Shown here: positions 32,394 through 43,449 of the stretch, piece after piece
How positions within the stretch are numbered: position 1 is the first letter of the stretch
Layout: each line of letters starts with the position of its first letter
Assembly (NCBI GenBank): GCA_963695855.1
Contig: CAVOHZ010000010.1
Span: 1,408,001-1,472,000, forward strand
DNA length: 64,000 nt
From: an uncultured Nitrososphaerales archaeon
GTDB lineage: Archaea; Thermoproteota; Nitrososphaeria; Nitrososphaerales; Nitrososphaeraceae
Reading direction: 5' to 3'
The notes under the pieces: generated by a model
Database searches by the model: none
The model's input: the letters and a program-made list of their open reading frames with translations, nothing else
Told to the model about the DNA's origin: nothing
Position numbers and translations under genes: made by a program

Positions 32394-34343
32394 ATGGACT
32401 CATCTATGCCATCCTCTAAAAAATCAATTCCTGCTTCTTCTTGGAAAGTAGTAGCAATCCTAAGTTTCATTGCTACAATGGTTATGTATGCTGAGACTAT
32501 GCTAGTACCAGGTATTCCTGTTCTAATCAAGGATTTTAATATCCTCTATAGTACGTCATCTTGGATACTTTCAATATATCTAATAACGGCCGCTATTATG
32601 ACTCCTGTTGCTGGCAAGTTATCAGATATCTATGGCAAAAAGAGGATTTTGCTTATAATAATGATATTTTATACAGTTGGAGTTTCCATTGCAGGATTTT
32701 CAACAAACATAGACTTTATGCTAATTGCAAGAGCATTCCAAGGAGTTGGATTATCAATGTTTCCAATTGCATTTAGTATTGTGAGAGCTCAATTTCCTAG
32801 AGAAAAAATGGCAATAGGTCAAGGAATAATCACTTCTATGTATGGAGGTGGTGCCGTAATAGGTCTTTTAATGGGAGGAATCATAATTCAACACTTCAGT
32901 TGGCATTTCACATTTTTTACACTATTACCAATTGCCATTATACTTCTATTTGTAATTTGGCGTTTCATTCATGTAAATGAAGAAGAAATAGAACAAACGA
33001 GAGTAAAACAAGAACAAGACCTACAAACAGATCATATAGAGAGAAAAAACAATTCTGAATCTGTTAAAAGAGAAACAACAATACCATCATCATCATCAAC
33101 AAACAATAAATCTATTATTACTAGCCACACCAGTATAGATGTAAAAGGTGCAATAACACTTGCAGTTACTATAACATCATTTTTAATTGTACTCACCTAC
33201 TGGGAAATAGGAAGTAATAATAATAATTCTGTTACTAGTAATCCATTAACAATAACTATTACAAGTATTTTTATTATAGGAATTATTTCTTTAGTGCTAT
33301 TCATATTTGTAGAAAAAAGAGCATCATCACCACTCTTTGACTTTAGCCTGATGTTGAACAAAAGGATACTTCTACCTACTCTCATAATCATATTTGTTGG
33401 TATTTCGATGTTTATCGTTTTTCAGACAATACCTATTCTAATTGAAAATCCTCTACCTGTTGGATTTGGTGGAGATCCTATTAGTGCTACCCATGTACAA
33501 TTACCGTTCGCTCTTATATTTCTCATATTTGGACCAATATCAGGCATTTTAGTCGCCAAATTAGGTTCAATGAAACCACTTTTACTAGGTACAATTGTGA
33601 CCGGAATTGGGTTCTTTGGTATTGTAATCTTCCATTCAACTGAATTCTTTTTATCCTTAAATCTTGCGATTATTTCTATAGGCCTATCATTGTCTAGCAT
33701 AGGTGCTCAAAATGTCATTATATTATCTATTCCTAGACAGAATAGTGGGGCATCACTTGGTATGACAAGTTTTATGCGGCTTGTAGGAAGTTCTATAGCT
33801 CCCGCACTGTCGGGTATGTTTATGCAGAGATATCAATATACTCTAAATATAGAAGGAAAACTACAATCCTTTCCATCTTCTGAAGCATATAATCTCATAT
33901 TTCTAACTGGTGTAATCCTGTCTATAATATCTGTATGTATATCTCTACTTTTATTGAAAAATATGCCACCTAAATGTCAAAACCATTTACCAGAGGAAAA
34001 AGGAGCCGTGGGTACAACAATAACCGAAAATATAAAAAAAGGGATCCTCTCATGGCCAGGTGTTACATCTAACCCATATCAATTTGGTGGTATTGAATTT
34101 CGTGTTAATAAAAGAGATATGGGCCATATACATGGTGAAAAGCTTGCCGACCTACCATTTCCTATTGAAATCCGAAAAGAGGTCATAGCCTCAGGAAAAG
34201 CATTACCTCACATTATATACCCAGAATCTATGTGGGTAAGCTATATCATTCATAGTGAAGATGATATTTCTAAGGTTATAGATCTGTTCCGATTACAATA
34301 TGAGCGACTAAAAAATAAACCCACGATATTACCCAGAAGATGA
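32394..34343 (+). CDS. DHA2-type MFS transporter fused to a C-terminal DUF5519/luciferase-like domain
   Basis: GKLSDIYGKKR motif and about 14 TMs; C-terminal SWPGV...FGGIEF...GHIHG..LADLPFP...PH...PESMWVS. Confidence 0.85.
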   Translation: MDSSMPSSKKSIPASSWKVVAILSFIATMVMYAETMLVPGIPVLIKDFNILYSTSSWILSIYLITAAIMTPVAGKLSDIYGKKRILLIIMIFYTVGVSIAGFSTNIDFMLIARAFQGVGLSMFPIAFSIVRAQFPREKMAIGQGIITSMYGGGAVIGLLMGGIIIQHFSWHFTFFTLLPIAIILLFVIWRFIHVNEEEIEQTRVKQEQDLQTDHIERKNNSESVKRETTIPSSSSTNNKSIITSHTSIDVKGAITLAVTITSFLIVLTYWEIGSNNNNSVTSNPLTITITSIFIIGIISLVLFIFVEKRASSPLFDFSLMLNKRILLPTLIIIFVGISMFIVFQTIPILIENPLPVGFGGDPISATHVQLPFALIFLIFGPISGILVAKLGSMKPLLLGTIVTGIGFFGIVIFHSTEFFLSLNLAIISIGLSLSSIGAQNVIILSIPRQNSGASLGMTSFMRLVGSSIAPALSGMFMQRYQYTLNIEGKLQSFPSSEAYNLIFLTGVILSIISVCISLLLLKNMPPKCQNHLPEEKGAVGTTITENIKKGILSWPGVTSNPYQFGGIEFRVNKRDMGHIHGEKLADLPFPIEIRKEVIASGKALPHIIYPESMWVSYIIHSEDDISKVIDLFRLQYERLKNKPTILPRR

Positions 34344-34561
34344 AATTTATTATGATGAAAGAAGAACTATTTGATAAAGACAAAATAAATAATAATAAAA
34401 ATAATGAAAGAAAATAAATAGGTTTCAAATAATGACAATTCTAGAATTATATATATATTTTCTTGAATATACCGTGGCTATTAATAAAAAAGACTATAAA
34501 ATATTCTGTTATTACTAACAATATAAACAAATAATAAAATGACTAGACTCATTTACGTCTG

Positions 34562-35749
34562 TTATAAACCCTTAGTATTTATACCTTGAATCACTTTATT
34601 TGTCTGCAGTTCTCCATCTTTTATAGAATTCTTTATGACATTTACTGAGAAATCAGCATTTTCATAAAGATTAGAATCTTTTTCTTCTCGTGTTATATAA
34701 TATGTTTCCTTAATTTCTGCACCATGGTTTTCTGATATTCTTTTATATCTTTTACGAATTCTTTCAAATTTCTTTATATCTTCTTTATTTTGTGAATTAA
34801 AATTATTTTCAAGCATATTATAAAGATCTTTTATTAGCTTCAAATAGACTGTAAAAGCTTTGGACATTTTTATATTGTGCATTGTTTTATCGCTAAACAA
34901 AATGTCACGTGTCCTATGTTGCACCTCAAACAAATTATCAGGTAAATTATCAATTTTTTTTGGATAATTTTCAACTAGAAAGATCCGTTTATTTTTTGAT
35001 GGAGAAGCATCAATGACTTCTCTTAGCGGGGTATTACTAAGTAAACTACCATCCCATGCGAACATACCCTCTTCTACTTCTACCCATTGAAAATAGTAAT
35101 TAGGATAAGCAGTTGCAGCAAGTATATGTTTTGGAGTTATTTGTTGCTTAGAACTATCAAATGCTAATGGTTCTGCTGTCAAAACATTAACTGCAGTTAT
35201 TATTAAACGACTATCAGGATTACCATTGGGTTGTAGTTTGTTAAAATCAAGATATTTTTCTAATGTTTTTATTAGTGGAGAATGATCATATAAATATGTC
35301 CATTTATTAGGATTAAAATATTCTGGATCACTGAAAGCATATTCTGCATTCCAACGTGGAATAAAGACCTTATTATTTCCAAAAACTGCTGATTTATAGA
35401 ATGATGAAATAGACTTGATTTGTGAACCATGAATATTTCTTGAATGGTCCGCTACCGAAGTTAATGGATTTGTTAATCCATATGATAACCACTTAGTAAA
35501 AGGATATGAATGAGAGTTTATATCACCTTCTGCTAGTTCTAACCAGAATTGCTCTAATGCCTTTTCAGGACTATATTTCTGTTTACATCCAGCAATGATT
35601 GAAGCGTTTACTCCACCAATTGATGTACCAGCAACTATGTCTATTTTTATATTATTTTTTACAAGTGCTTTAAAAACACCGCATGCGAAAGCACCTAGAG
35701 AACCACCACCCTGAAGTATTAGAACATTTTCAATTTCATCCGATGGCAT
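34562..35749 (-). CDS. Patatin-like phospholipase/esterase
   Basis: GGGSLG, GTSIG and WDGSLLSNTPL motifs. Confidence 0.9.
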   Translation of the reverse strand: MPSDEIENVLILQGGGSLGAFACGVFKALVKNNIKIDIVAGTSIGGVNASIIAGCKQKYSPEKALEQFWLELAEGDINSHSYPFTKWLSYGLTNPLTSVADHSRNIHGSQIKSISSFYKSAVFGNNKVFIPRWNAEYAFSDPEYFNPNKWTYLYDHSPLIKTLEKYLDFNKLQPNGNPDSRLIITAVNVLTAEPLAFDSSKQQITPKHILAATAYPNYYFQWVEVEEGMFAWDGSLLSNTPLREVIDASPSKNKRIFLVENYPKKIDNLPDNLFEVQHRTRDILFSDKTMHNIKMSKAFTVYLKLIKDLYNMLENNFNSQNKEDIKKFERIRKRYKRISENHGAEIKETYYITREEKDSNLYENADFSVNVIKNSIKDGELQTNKVIQGINTKGL

Positions 35750-35847
35750 ACTAAAAAATAATATTCGTTATAATAATTTATAGCTATTATTTTAATATAC
35801 AGTTATTAGTAATGAATTCTAAGACAAACAATGGCAATCTAAATCTG

Positions 35848-36576
35848 GGCTCTGTTCAGATAAGCAGCAAAAGATATAGCTGAGAATATTCTAAATATAC
35901 TATGAAAATCAAATTTGAAAGAAATAAAACATCTTCTTTTATTGTAATGTATTCTCTTTATCTATATTCTCTTGGTTTAAGTTTAAGAAATACTTCTAAA
36001 GCATTAACTATATTTAGAGAGGAGAAGAGAAGTTATGTTTATGTTTGGAATTGGATTCAGAGATTTGGATCCTGTCAGATCTATAACAGAAAAAGAATAA
36101 CTGCTTTTATTATTATAGATGAGACCATTATTCAGATTGGTAACCAGCACTTTCTGGTTATGGTTTTGTATTGAACCAGTCCACAGTTCTGTGCTTGGAA
36201 TCTATCTCTCAGAAGAGAGAAACATGATAGTTGCTGAAAAGTTCATAAGGTCTCTTGTATCAAAATATGGAAAACATGTCGTGTATACAGATAATGGAGG
36301 TACATGGTATGATAAAGCATGTAACGTAATTGGATTAAAACAGTATCTACACTCACCATTTCAGAAAAATTTTGATGGAAAGAGTCAACCAGTATTTGAA
36401 AGACAGAATAGAAAGTTTTGATGACTACTCTCCTTGTAGGCAAAAAGAGGAATGCAATCTATTTCATGTACATAACTGGATACAATTCTTTGTTTCGATG
36501 TATAATGATACTATAGCAAATAATAAGAATTATTTTTGGTTAAAGGAGGTGGATATTATCTTAAATTAACACAGCC
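35848..36576 (+). mobile_element. IS6-family element with frameshifted transposase
   Basis: Ends GGCTCTGTTCAGATAAG / GGCTGTGTTAATTTAAG; IDET, YTD and ER motifs spread over three frames. Confidence 0.88.
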
Positions 36577-36661
36577 CAATTAAATAATATAGATCACAAG
36601 TATTATATCGTAGAATACCTTATCAATAGTATGACAGTCATAAAATTGGAAGTATCCTTTA

Positions 36662-37138
36662 ATGATAATGTTAATAATAATGATAATGTTAATAATAAAA
36701 TCTTCTAAGAGGGGACCAAGAATAGAAGAGAGAAAATTTCTAAAATCAATATGTAAGAATCTTGTAAATAAACTATGTGAAACAATATATGTAGGCATAA
36801 TAGATAATAACAAAAAACTACTTACTGGTACTTCAAACCAATATAATATAGATCTCTATTCATATTATGAATTTAGTAAAGAACGTATAATCAAATCACA
36901 AATATATGATGCATTTACATTTTACTATATTATAAGAGACATAGATTTAAGTCAAGATTTGACAAGTATTGATTACTTTGATTATGTAGCTATCTATAAT
37001 CCAATAGATAAAAGAATCAAGTTAATTATTATACCCTTGAAACATATTTATGATAACCATAAATACAATTTGTGTATATATCTTAATTCCCAAAAACCTG
37101 TAGAATCTATTACAAAAACAATTTTTAATCTAATATAG
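36662..37138 (+). CDS. Hypothetical protein
   Basis: 158 aa ORF; start uncertain; no family recognised. Confidence 0.45.
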   Translation: MIMLIIMIMLIIKSSKRGPRIEERKFLKSICKNLVNKLCETIYVGIIDNNKKLLTGTSNQYNIDLYSYYEFSKERIIKSQIYDAFTFYYIIRDIDLSQDLTSIDYFDYVAIYNPIDKRIKLIIIPLKHIYDNHKYNLCIYLNSQKPVESITKTIFNLI

Positions 37139-37577
37139 ATAACCTAATCCATTACAGTGAAAACCGATTGTCCTGATAGCATCCTTCTAGTAAATAAATA
37201 TCATTACAATGATTAAAGAACGAAAAGCAAGCAAGAATTCTTAAAATCTGTCTTGATATATGAATTGAATATGAGTTGATACCTGCTACAAATAGAAAAC
37301 CCTTATAATATTTTTCCTAAATTATTCTTATTTGCAGATGAGAAACTTTGAGATGTTAAATAACAAGAGAATAGGTTGGACAAAAAAACGAGAGACTGAT
37401 AAGAAGAAAATATCTCATAATATTAAACAGAAGATTAAACAGAAAAGATTATACAAACTTTAGTTTAGTAAACGCGATCGCTCTTATACGTCTGAATATA
37501 TACTTCGATTCTGTATGAACGGAAATGATTAAAAATTTTCGTCTATCATTTATATATTTTGTCTAGGTAAAAATTAC

Positions 37578-38051
37578 GTGAAAATACTAAATGCTGGACC
37601 AGATTTTAGCAAACCGATGACTAAAAACGAAGTGATAAAATTTCTTACCACTGGTAAAAGAAATATCTATCTTGGTACTATAGATAAGAAGAACGAACCA
37701 AATATTCATCCAACTTCGTATTATTTTGATCCTGATCAACTGAAGTTTTATGTTGAAACTTACAAATTTTCTAAAAAAATAGAAAACATGAAAAAGAATA
37801 ACATAATATATTTTTGTGTAGATAAACCGACTATACCATACAAAGGTGTACGTGGGAAAGCGAAAACATCATTAAAAGAAGATCTTGATTTTACTGTTTC
37901 TATATGTGAGAAAAATCTGATGAAATATTTGGGTAGTCTAGAACATCCAATGTCCAAAGTTATATTGAATCGTGCAAAAAAAGGAAACTCTATAGTCATT
38001 GAAGTAGCTCCTTTGTATTTTTCAACTTGGGATGATAGTAAAATCATATAA
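37578..38051 (+). CDS. Pyridoxamine 5'-phosphate oxidase-like split-barrel protein
   Basis: LGTID...PNIHP, SKKIEN and YKGVRGKA motifs; TTTATATA at -29. Confidence 0.8.
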   Translation: MKILNAGPDFSKPMTKNEVIKFLTTGKRNIYLGTIDKKNEPNIHPTSYYFDPDQLKFYVETYKFSKKIENMKKNNIIYFCVDKPTIPYKGVRGKAKTSLKEDLDFTVSICEKNLMKYLGSLEHPMSKVILNRAKKGNSIVIEVAPLYFSTWDDSKII

Positions 38052-38298
38052 TTAATTTATGATATGTTATATCTTTTAAATTCTTATAGAAAACTACAAA
38101 AGTGCAAACAACCTGTATAATATTGCACTATAAACGATGATAGTATCAGATTCGGTTACTCCTAAGCAGTGTCGAATATTTTGATTCGTCTCTAAGAATT
38201 CATGGCTGAATTTGAATAATCATCAGATTTGAGAGAGATGAATTTCTTTCGTACATATATCCAAAGAATAATTAATTGAAGCTAGTAGTTCTTTTACA

Positions 38299-38892
38299 TT
38301 GATAATTGAAAATCCATTATTGATAGTAGTAATTGTTTCCTTATGTTTACTTGTTTCTACAAATAATAATATTAATCCAGCACAATCATTAGTTTTTCCA
38401 GAAGATGACATTTCCCAAAATAGCAATAAAAATAAAATAGTTATTTACAATGATAAGGAGAACTACAAAGATACGGAACAAAAAAAAGTACAATCCAAAT
38501 CTGCAGTACCATCTCCCAAAGAATATGAGCCTCAAGATGATGATATAGAATTAGAAGGTACAGTCAATTATATTGTTGATGGAGATACTCTAGATATTAA
38601 CGATATAAGAATAAGACTTTCTCTTGTAGATACGCCTGAACGAGCGCAAGAAGGATACAAGGAGGCAAAAGAATTTGTCAAGAAACTCTGTCTTAATAAA
38701 AAAGGTCAGGTAGACATTGATGACGGCCAGCGTAGGGGTGACAGATACGGAAGAGAGATTGGCATAGTTTTTTGTGATGGGGTTAATATCAATAAAGCAT
38801 TGATGGATAATAATTTGGCTAAGATTTATACAGAATATTGCGATATCTCTGAATTTAAGAATGAAAACTGGACCAAACCAGATTGTCAATAA
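38299..38892 (+). CDS. Secreted thermonuclease (SNase-like)
   Basis: VDGDT, IRLSLVDTPE and DRYGR motifs; hydrophobic N-terminus. Confidence 0.88.
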   Translation: MIIENPLLIVVIVSLCLLVSTNNNINPAQSLVFPEDDISQNSNKNKIVIYNDKENYKDTEQKKVQSKSAVPSPKEYEPQDDDIELEGTVNYIVDGDTLDINDIRIRLSLVDTPERAQEGYKEAKEFVKKLCLNKKGQVDIDDGQRRGDRYGREIGIVFCDGVNINKALMDNNLAKIYTEYCDISEFKNENWTKPDCQ

Positions 38893-38958
38893 TTGTAACT
38901 GAAAATTAAAATTTGGACATCCAAGTATTTTAGTTCTTCCCTTTTTTGGTGAAATAAT

Positions 38959-39110
38959 TACGATTCATAACTAAAGCCATCTGCCGTACGATCAAATCTT
39001 TGTAGGTCTGGAGGTAACACTCAATTTTTTGTCTGGAATATATTTACAATCGAAATCTGATGTTCGAGATGATATACAAATGTCAGGATATGAGGAATCC
39101 CATTTCTCAA
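38959..39110 (-). pseudogene. Degraded Excalibur-like Ca-binding domain
   Basis: DSSYPDICI...DFDCKYIP, then after a frameshift LPPDLQRFDRTADGFSYES*. Confidence 0.55.
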
Positions 39111-39403
39111 ATTGCACTTCTTTTTGATTATGAGAAAATAAAAGAAATGTGATATCAATAAAAGAAGTACTAATTGAGATAAATCTAACTAATCTAACTC
39201 TCATTTTTACCCTCATAAAGATTATAATAGATTTCTAGATAGAATCGATTGATCTAATATCAAGATTATATCATACGCTCCACATTTGACAAATTGACAT
39301 TATGATCATAATCCATGGTCTTTAAAAATACAGCATTGGAAAGAAATGATACTTTCTGAAAGTTATCCGGAAAGACTAATTTTAACTACAGAAGATATCC
39401 TAT

Positions 39404-40292
39404 TTAAAAAAAATCTGATATTGATGACTGTTTTGTCTTATTATAATTTAAATCATTAAATTTTGAATAATTTTCATTTCCCATGTTCTCGATAAAAGGT
39501 TTATAATCTAAAATTGGGAATGTTATCTTCTCCTTCAGGTTCATCAGCTCTCCGAACATCTTTGCAGTCATGGGACCAAAACCAGCGTAGTGATTATTTG
39601 ATGATACGATTGCTGTCTTTATGATTGCCTCATTATTCTTTACATCATTTAAAATATTGGACCATTTCTCCATCTCAAGCTTTCTATCTTTTTGTATCTT
39701 TCCAAAATCCTTGTCAAAAATACTTCTATCGCCTATCAATCTCAAATATACAAAATCTGTAGTCATTACCGGAGGAGTGACTAGTTTATCTTGTTGACTC
39801 CATACAATACAAAAATCATTTTGTTTAAAGTAATTGAAAGCTGAGATCATTAAACCAACTATGATGTCTGACTTCTATAGCATATCTATATGAGTTATCC
39901 AATTGGGACTCTAGATTTTTCAGGAAATTAAGTCCTTCAGTAACGTCAAGCCACGGAGGTAACTGTATGAGAAAAGCGACTAACTTTTTTTGTAAAGGTT
40001 TCATTACCTCGAAAAATCGTGGTACATTTTCAAAAAGGCCATCATCAACTTGTTTCTCATGCGTTATAACCTTTGGAAATTTGACAGCGAATTTGAAATC
40101 TTCTGGTGTTCTTCTTGCCCAATTCTGGACCACAAGCCTAGAAGGTATTCTGTAAAAGGTAGAATCTATCTCAACGAATTTAAAAATTTGAGAATAATAT
40201 GAAAGCCACTCTCGAGTATCTAGGTCCTCAGGATAGAATGGACCTTTCCATGCATCATAACTCCATCCCGAACAACCAAGATAAAATTTCAA
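39404..40292 (-). pseudogene. DUF72-family protein, frameshifted at ~39840
   Basis: GCSGWSY, VEIDSTFY, LIQLPP and AIEVRH; the second frame carries YLRLIGD and NNHYAG. Confidence 0.85.
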
Positions 40293-40579
40293 TACATTAT
40301 ATTATATTTTCATTGCAAAAACCTTTTAGAAAATTAAGATTAATAAAAAAGTGAATAATTGGTTACAACATTTTTCTGGGTGAGACATATTCAACTTTTC
40401 AAAAAGTAGTTTACTATTTTTCAACAGCGAGGGTACTCTTTATTTTATGCGAATTTTAGCTACATCCTTAAATTTCTTTATTATTCTTATTTATTATCCT
40501 TAGATCTATATTGTATAATCAAGATAAATTAAAACTGAATTTTCTCCAAATAGTTCTCAAAATCAAATCAATAGTATAT

Positions 40580-41101
40580 TTATTTTTTAACTTGTCCTAT
40601 TAATTCCAGTTTATTTTCGGGTTGATATAATTTGACTTCAGATTCATATTGGATATCTGGCTTACCAAAAATACCGTTGTCTACATCAAAGCCTAAATCT
40701 CCTTTATAGACAAAAATTTTGTCTTCAGTTTCAGGGTTGTCCGTACTATTAATTAAATGAAATGAACCTGATAATTTGTAATATTTGTATGAAATAGAAT
40801 CGCGGGTAGAATTTGCCTTATCTTCAACCTTCAGTGTTCCCGAAAAAGTTCTCGAATTATCTTTAAATAAATTATCAAATGATGTTTTCTCAAATTTGTA
40901 TAAACAATTAATTTCTGGACAAATTTTATTACCTTGACCTAATGTCATGTTCGTATTCTGAAAATAAAGATAAGAATCTATCAGATTGCCCTTCTTCAAT
41001 GTTGATTTTATCTCAATTGTATCTAAAGATTGAGCAAAGGAATTGGCTATTGGAATAATTGTGAATCCAACAAGAGTCATAATTAGAAATACGCTTATCA
41101 T
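40580..41101 (-). CDS. Hypothetical exported protein
   Basis: Signal-peptide-like N-terminus (..SFAQ); CPEINC motif. Confidence 0.65.
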   Translation of the reverse strand: MISVFLIMTLVGFTIIPIANSFAQSLDTIEIKSTLKKGNLIDSYLYFQNTNMTLGQGNKICPEINCLYKFEKTSFDNLFKDNSRTFSGTLKVEDKANSTRDSISYKYYKLSGSFHLINSTDNPETEDKIFVYKGDLGFDVDNGIFGKPDIQYESEVKLYQPENKLELIGQVKK

Positions 41102-41150
41102 ATTATAAAGAATCGATATTAATTTAAAATATAAATATTTTTATTTGATC

Positions 41151-41612
41151 TTAAGTTACAATATTAGATCTTTTTCTCGCAAACTCAAATATCCTTTTTA
41201 CTTCTTCCCTCTGGCCTTCAGGAACTTCATAGTATACGATAATATCAAGTATCCCGGTCTTGACGTCTTTATCCCTCTGCGAACCATGAACCTTTCCATT
41301 ATGATTCCTTATGATATCTAATAGAACCTCATATTGTTTTTGTACTTCCTTTACTGAACCCTGTAGTAATTCAAAGGAGTTATCCATCTTCGGTTTTGAT
41401 AAAGTTGAATATCGTCCTTTTCTGTATGGAGAAGAAGTGTTTGATGATGTACTTGTAGGTTTGTTACCATAATTGCCTCTATTAGGACAAATATGCTTTT
41501 TGCTTGTATATGCTTCCCAATATTCATTATGGTCTGCATTCCAAAAGATTTGAGTATTACAACCATATATACATGTCTTGAATTTAGTAGCGTCGCTATC
41601 CTTAGAACTCAT
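41151..41612 (-). CDS. Hypothetical protein with N-terminal Zn-ribbon-like motif
   Basis: CIYGC...HIC motif. Confidence 0.65.
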   Translation of the reverse strand: MSSKDSDATKFKTCIYGCNTQIFWNADHNEYWEAYTSKKHICPNRGNYGNKPTSTSSNTSSPYRKGRYSTLSKPKMDNSFELLQGSVKEVQKQYEVLLDIIRNHNGKVHGSQRDKDVKTGILDIIVYYEVPEGQREEVKRIFEFARKRSNIVT

Positions 41613-41618
41613 TTTTTA

Positions 41619-41852
41619 TTACTCACTAAAATTAGATTTCTGAACCTCAGTTTTTTGTATAGCTACTTTTTCTCCATCAGTAAGGATCTGAATGTCATCG
41701 CATAACCACATACATGATTTTTCAGCAACCTCTTTAGGAACACTTGCTATCACAGGAGGATTGGTACGGCCTCTTTTGACTCTTACTTTACGATGGGCAT
41801 AAACACCAAGCTTCTTTGTAGTCATGATTATACTATTAATGACAAATTCCAT
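41619..41852 (-). CDS. Small AbrB/SpoVT-like DNA-binding protein
   Basis: RKVRVKRG..VIASVPKEVAE...DDIQILTDGEKVAIQK pattern. Confidence 0.5.
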   Translation of the reverse strand: MEFVINSIIMTTKKLGVYAHRKVRVKRGRTNPPVIASVPKEVAEKSCMWLCDDIQILTDGEKVAIQKTEVQKSNFSE

Positions 41853-41942
41853 GTATAACTATATCATGTATCGACTATATGTATGTGTCTTATATAACGA
41901 TACTATTGATATAGATCTAACCATATAATACTTATAAAACAA

Positions 41943-42170
41943 ATGGTTTCTAAACAAATTGTAGCACAGAAAACAACAAAAAACAGATGATACGTAAAGG
42001 TATCTATTAGGCATGGTGTGCAACCAGTGACAATAGACAGTTATTTGTAAGAGCTAATCTTTCCTCGTTTGGATATGGTTCCTGCAAGAACTACAAATCG
42101 AAAGGGTCGGAGAAATGTAAACATCTGTATGTGACAAAATCCACTATAAGGAGGGAACTTTGAAAGAGAC
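41943..42170 (+). pseudogene. Possible SWIM zinc-finger remnant
   Basis: One frame reads GSCKNYKSKGSEKCKHLY; interrupted by stops. Confidence 0.35.
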
Positions 42171-42994
42171 AGACATAGTACCTACCTGTTATGCTAAAAT
42201 AAATAATAGGATTCACAGTCCAATCAGTATGAGCAGAAGCAACCTAGCCTTGTAAGTCCGACGATCATTCTTTTTAATGAATATTATCTATAATAAGCAC
42301 CAGACTTTAACACTATAGGCCCGCATTAACAACTACAGAAATATAGGCACTGCAAAAACCATATCAAGGTTAAAAATCAGAGAAACACAGAACAGATTGA
42401 TTGATTGATTAGGTGCTTACTAGCAGAATGAGAAGACTTGAAAAACTACCGACTAGATATGGACCAATTCCTTATAGGTAGTACAATATTGTTAGTGTAA
42501 CAGATTAATTAATCCAATTTTTAGATTCAAGATTTTTCAATTTTATCATTGAAAATTAAAGTTTATACGTATCTTAAATTACTCTCTTTTTTTAGATCTA
42601 TTACTATCTTCTCTGTGAAGTAAAGACTTGTAGCATTAAGTTTCTATTTAATGCACATTAGTAAAAAAATTATTAATTAAATAATAAATAAATTATTTAT
42701 TGCCCTAGTGATATTGCTACCGACATAGATTAAAGGATCTTGCATAGAAGTATGAACAAATTTTCTATGGCGAGGTTTGATGAACAGAGACCAAAATAGA
42801 GTATTAATCATAGTATTGGGAAAATAAAAGATTATGAAATATTAAATTATTTTTATTCAATTTTGGTAAAAATAAAATATGAAAATCATTAATTCGTTTT
42901 ATAATATACGCATAAAAAAAATAAAGGAATTTATTTATTTACTAGCTGTCCAATATCTGTATTTTATTTACCACATGTAAGGTGAAATACTTTT

Positions 42995-43360
42995 TCACTT
43001 ACCGGACGTAAATATTTTCTCCAATTCATTATAGAATTCTTTATTAGCTGTTGACTTTGTTAAAGATGTTTGCCATTGTTTTTCTACTGTCTTTATAGTT
43101 AGCTCTACAGCCTTATCAATAGTACTTCCCCATTCTTTTTCAATTATTTTTTTCATTTTTTCTACATGAACTTGTTTCAATGCAGTATAGAAGGAACTTT
43201 CCAATAGAGATTTTGCTGCACTAATTGGGTCCATATCACAGCAAGGAGAGCTATTACAGCTTGTTGTTTCACAACCACATGTATCTACATTACTTTTGTT
43301 TGTTGATTCTCTCATTGTTTCATGACTTTCACAATTTGTTTCACATTGATTTTCAACCAT
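42995..43360 (-). CDS. Small protein with Cys-rich N-terminus and helical C-terminus
   Basis: Seven Cys in the first 41 aa. Confidence 0.7.
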   Translation of the reverse strand: MVENQCETNCESHETMRESTNKSNVDTCGCETTSCNSSPCCDMDPISAAKSLLESSFYTALKQVHVEKMKKIIEKEWGSTIDKAVELTIKTVEKQWQTSLTKSTANKEFYNELEKIFTSGK

Positions 43361-43381
43361 TTATCTGTTACCTCGTGTAAT

Positions 43382-43431
43382 ATACTATACAAAGGTAAGT
43401 ATTTAAACTAGTAAGTTATAAACTAGTAAGT
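43382..43431. promoter_or_regulatory. Candidate HxlR operator in the divergent promoter
   Basis: ATACT-N11-AGTAT at 43382-43402; TAAACTAGTAAGT twice at 43404-43416 and 43419-43431. Confidence 0.55.
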
Positions 43432-43449
43432 AGGTGAAATTTTAGTAAC

